64,000 bases of DNA, taken from assembly GCF_009834535.1 (NCBI RefSeq), contig NC_045697.1, forward strand, positions 42,906,001 through 42,970,000. The letters run 5' to 3'. The notes beneath the pieces are model-generated. The model searched no databases, was not told where the DNA came from, and saw only the letters and a list, made by a program, of their open reading frames with translations. This DNA is from Camelus ferus (lineage: Eukaryota). The position numbers were made by a program, and so were the translations under genes. The stretch's first letter is position 1. Each line of letters starts with the position of its first letter. Below, piece after piece: positions 62,512 to 64,000 of the stretch.

Positions 62512-62968
62512 TTGCCTGTTACACTAAGATTAGGTTGGGTTACATATAATAGAAGATCCAAAAGATTGGTAACTTAAGAAAGATGGAACTTTATTCTTCT
62601 TTGTGTAAGAGATGTCATCAGAACGACCTAGGCTTCTGTCTTCTTCTAACATCCTGATGCATGGTCCAAGATGGCTGCTGGAGCTGTAACCGTCACAGCT
62701 GTTTTTTAGACAGAAGGAAGGAGAAGATGGGGAAAGGGCAAAATCAGTGATGACTTTCTAAAAGAAACTCTTTTTGAAATCCCTGTCTGCTCTTCTGCAT
62801 TAACCTCACTGCTTAGGAATTATTCCCATGGCCTTCCTAGTTGTAAAGGAAGCTGAGAAATGTCTTTTTAGTTCACAATATTGTCACCATGAATAAAGTT
62901 GAGGTTCTGTTGCTGAGGACAAAAGAGAGAATGGATATTGGCTTAGCCAGAAGCAGTTTTTTTCCATG
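62512..62968 (-). mobile_element. Old MaLR LTR (MLT1K/L-like), apparently inside a MIR
   Basis: catggtccaagatggctgctggagct..catggccttcctagttgtaaaggaagctgagaaatgt..gagaatggatattgg. MIR pieces lie on both sides (62460-62500, 62980-63065). Confidence 0.75.
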
Positions 62969-63575
62969 CCTCTCTTACAATGGCTTACTGTAAGAATTAA
63001 ATTTAAAAATGCACATAAAACATGTGGCATAACGTCTGGCATGTGTTAATTGCTCGGTAGTTGTTATCTTGACAAAGCCAACTCAAAACAACCCTTTTTT
63101 GGAAGCATTGTATGATGGCAATTAGCTTTAAACTAAAGAATCTCTTACCTACGCTTGAACGAACTGATTTTTCTCCTTCATTGCTGTGGCATAGATGGGA
63201 GTCTATGACACCATGCATGCGATTAACAGCACAAGATCAAATAAATAAGTCTCCTCCATACTGTATTGGCATAATATACCCTGCATCTAATTGCCCTTTG
63301 TTGACTTGAAGAGTTATTAATCTCTGTTAGAAAGACATGCTAATTGTACCTGATCAACCTGACAAAATAAGCAAATCATATAGCCAACCAGGTAGAAGTC
63401 AAACAGAAAGAAAATGAATTTTGAGGGGGTCATAAGTCCACCATATTTATTCACGATGGGAAGCAAACAGTCATTTATTGACTCAAGTTCTTTCATTTAC
63501 ACCTTATCTCAGCCTATTTGCTTTAAGAGTTTAGCACCTATCAGTAAGGCCATCCGCACCCACCCCATCTGCTGG

Positions 63576-63610
63576 CATCAGCACCATCAGCATCATCACC
63601 AACACCATTA
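63576..63610 (+). repeat. Imperfect (CAN)n trinucleotide repeat
   Basis: catcagcaccatcagcatcatcaccaacaccat. Confidence 0.8.
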
Positions 63611-64000
63611 CCTTCCCATGGTCATGATTACCCCCGTGCAGGGACGTTTTTGCTCACCTACAGTTAGCTTAGCTGCAGACGGTAAACAAAGGAAGCACAG
63701 GCCGACTTCCCCAGGCCTGCCTGACTGGGGATAGATCTAGCTGGAGCGTTAACTAAGCACTAAGAGATAAGGCTGTCGTCAGCTGGGGCAGTGAGCCTGG
63801 GAGGCAAGTCCATTAAAAACACGGGAGGCTTGACTTATCACTCCACGTGACTATGTGCTTTTAAATGTCGACAGCTTCTATAAAAATTCCATCTTCCTCG
63901 CATGGGGTCAACTTGACCTACTGCAGTGAAAACTGGCAAGGTTCTGACCCTTCACATTTATCTCAGCCAGAACCAGATAACCTTGCCCTGTAGTCTAAAA

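Noticed and set aside
63414..63734. 106-aa ORF with a His/Gln run
   Set aside because: The run is an imperfect trinucleotide repeat; no other sign of coding sequence.
1..64000. Naming the locus; CRISPR arrays or other prokaryotic systems
   Set aside because: No exon I recognise anchors a gene name. The sequence is clearly mammalian and has no repeat-spacer array.

Overview
AT-rich mammalian non-coding DNA, very probably camelid (camel/llama/alpaca). That assignment rests on two tRNA-Ala-derived Vic-1-type SINEs and camelid/artiodactyl-type L1 3' ends. I can support no intact protein-coding gene: the listed ORFs are GC-rich noise, microsatellite translations or decayed L1 ORF1/ORF2 pieces. 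The left end holds a CpG island (~1.45-3.1 kb) with promoter-like motifs and a + strand splice donor. About 4 kb with almost no recognisable repeats and dense TF motifs follows; similar blocks lie at ~14, 46.2, 48.8 and 55.4-56.5 kb. This looks like the enhancer-rich flank of a developmental regulator, possibly crossed by a spliced lncRNA; that is inference, and I could not identify the locus or test conservation. The rest is interspersed repeats (MIR, L2, MaLR, hAT MITEs, several L1 generations). Best-supported oddities: a CpG-rich, young-looking solo LTR with betaretrovirus-like signal order but a 5-bp TSD (9602-10014); a probable 26-bp L1 3' transduction (32990-33015); a TSD-flanked poly(A)-only insertion (23882-23893); several nested insertions; and a MER53 hairpin MITE. 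Repeat family names come from recalled consensus sequences, not a search. I see no convincing wholly new biological system.
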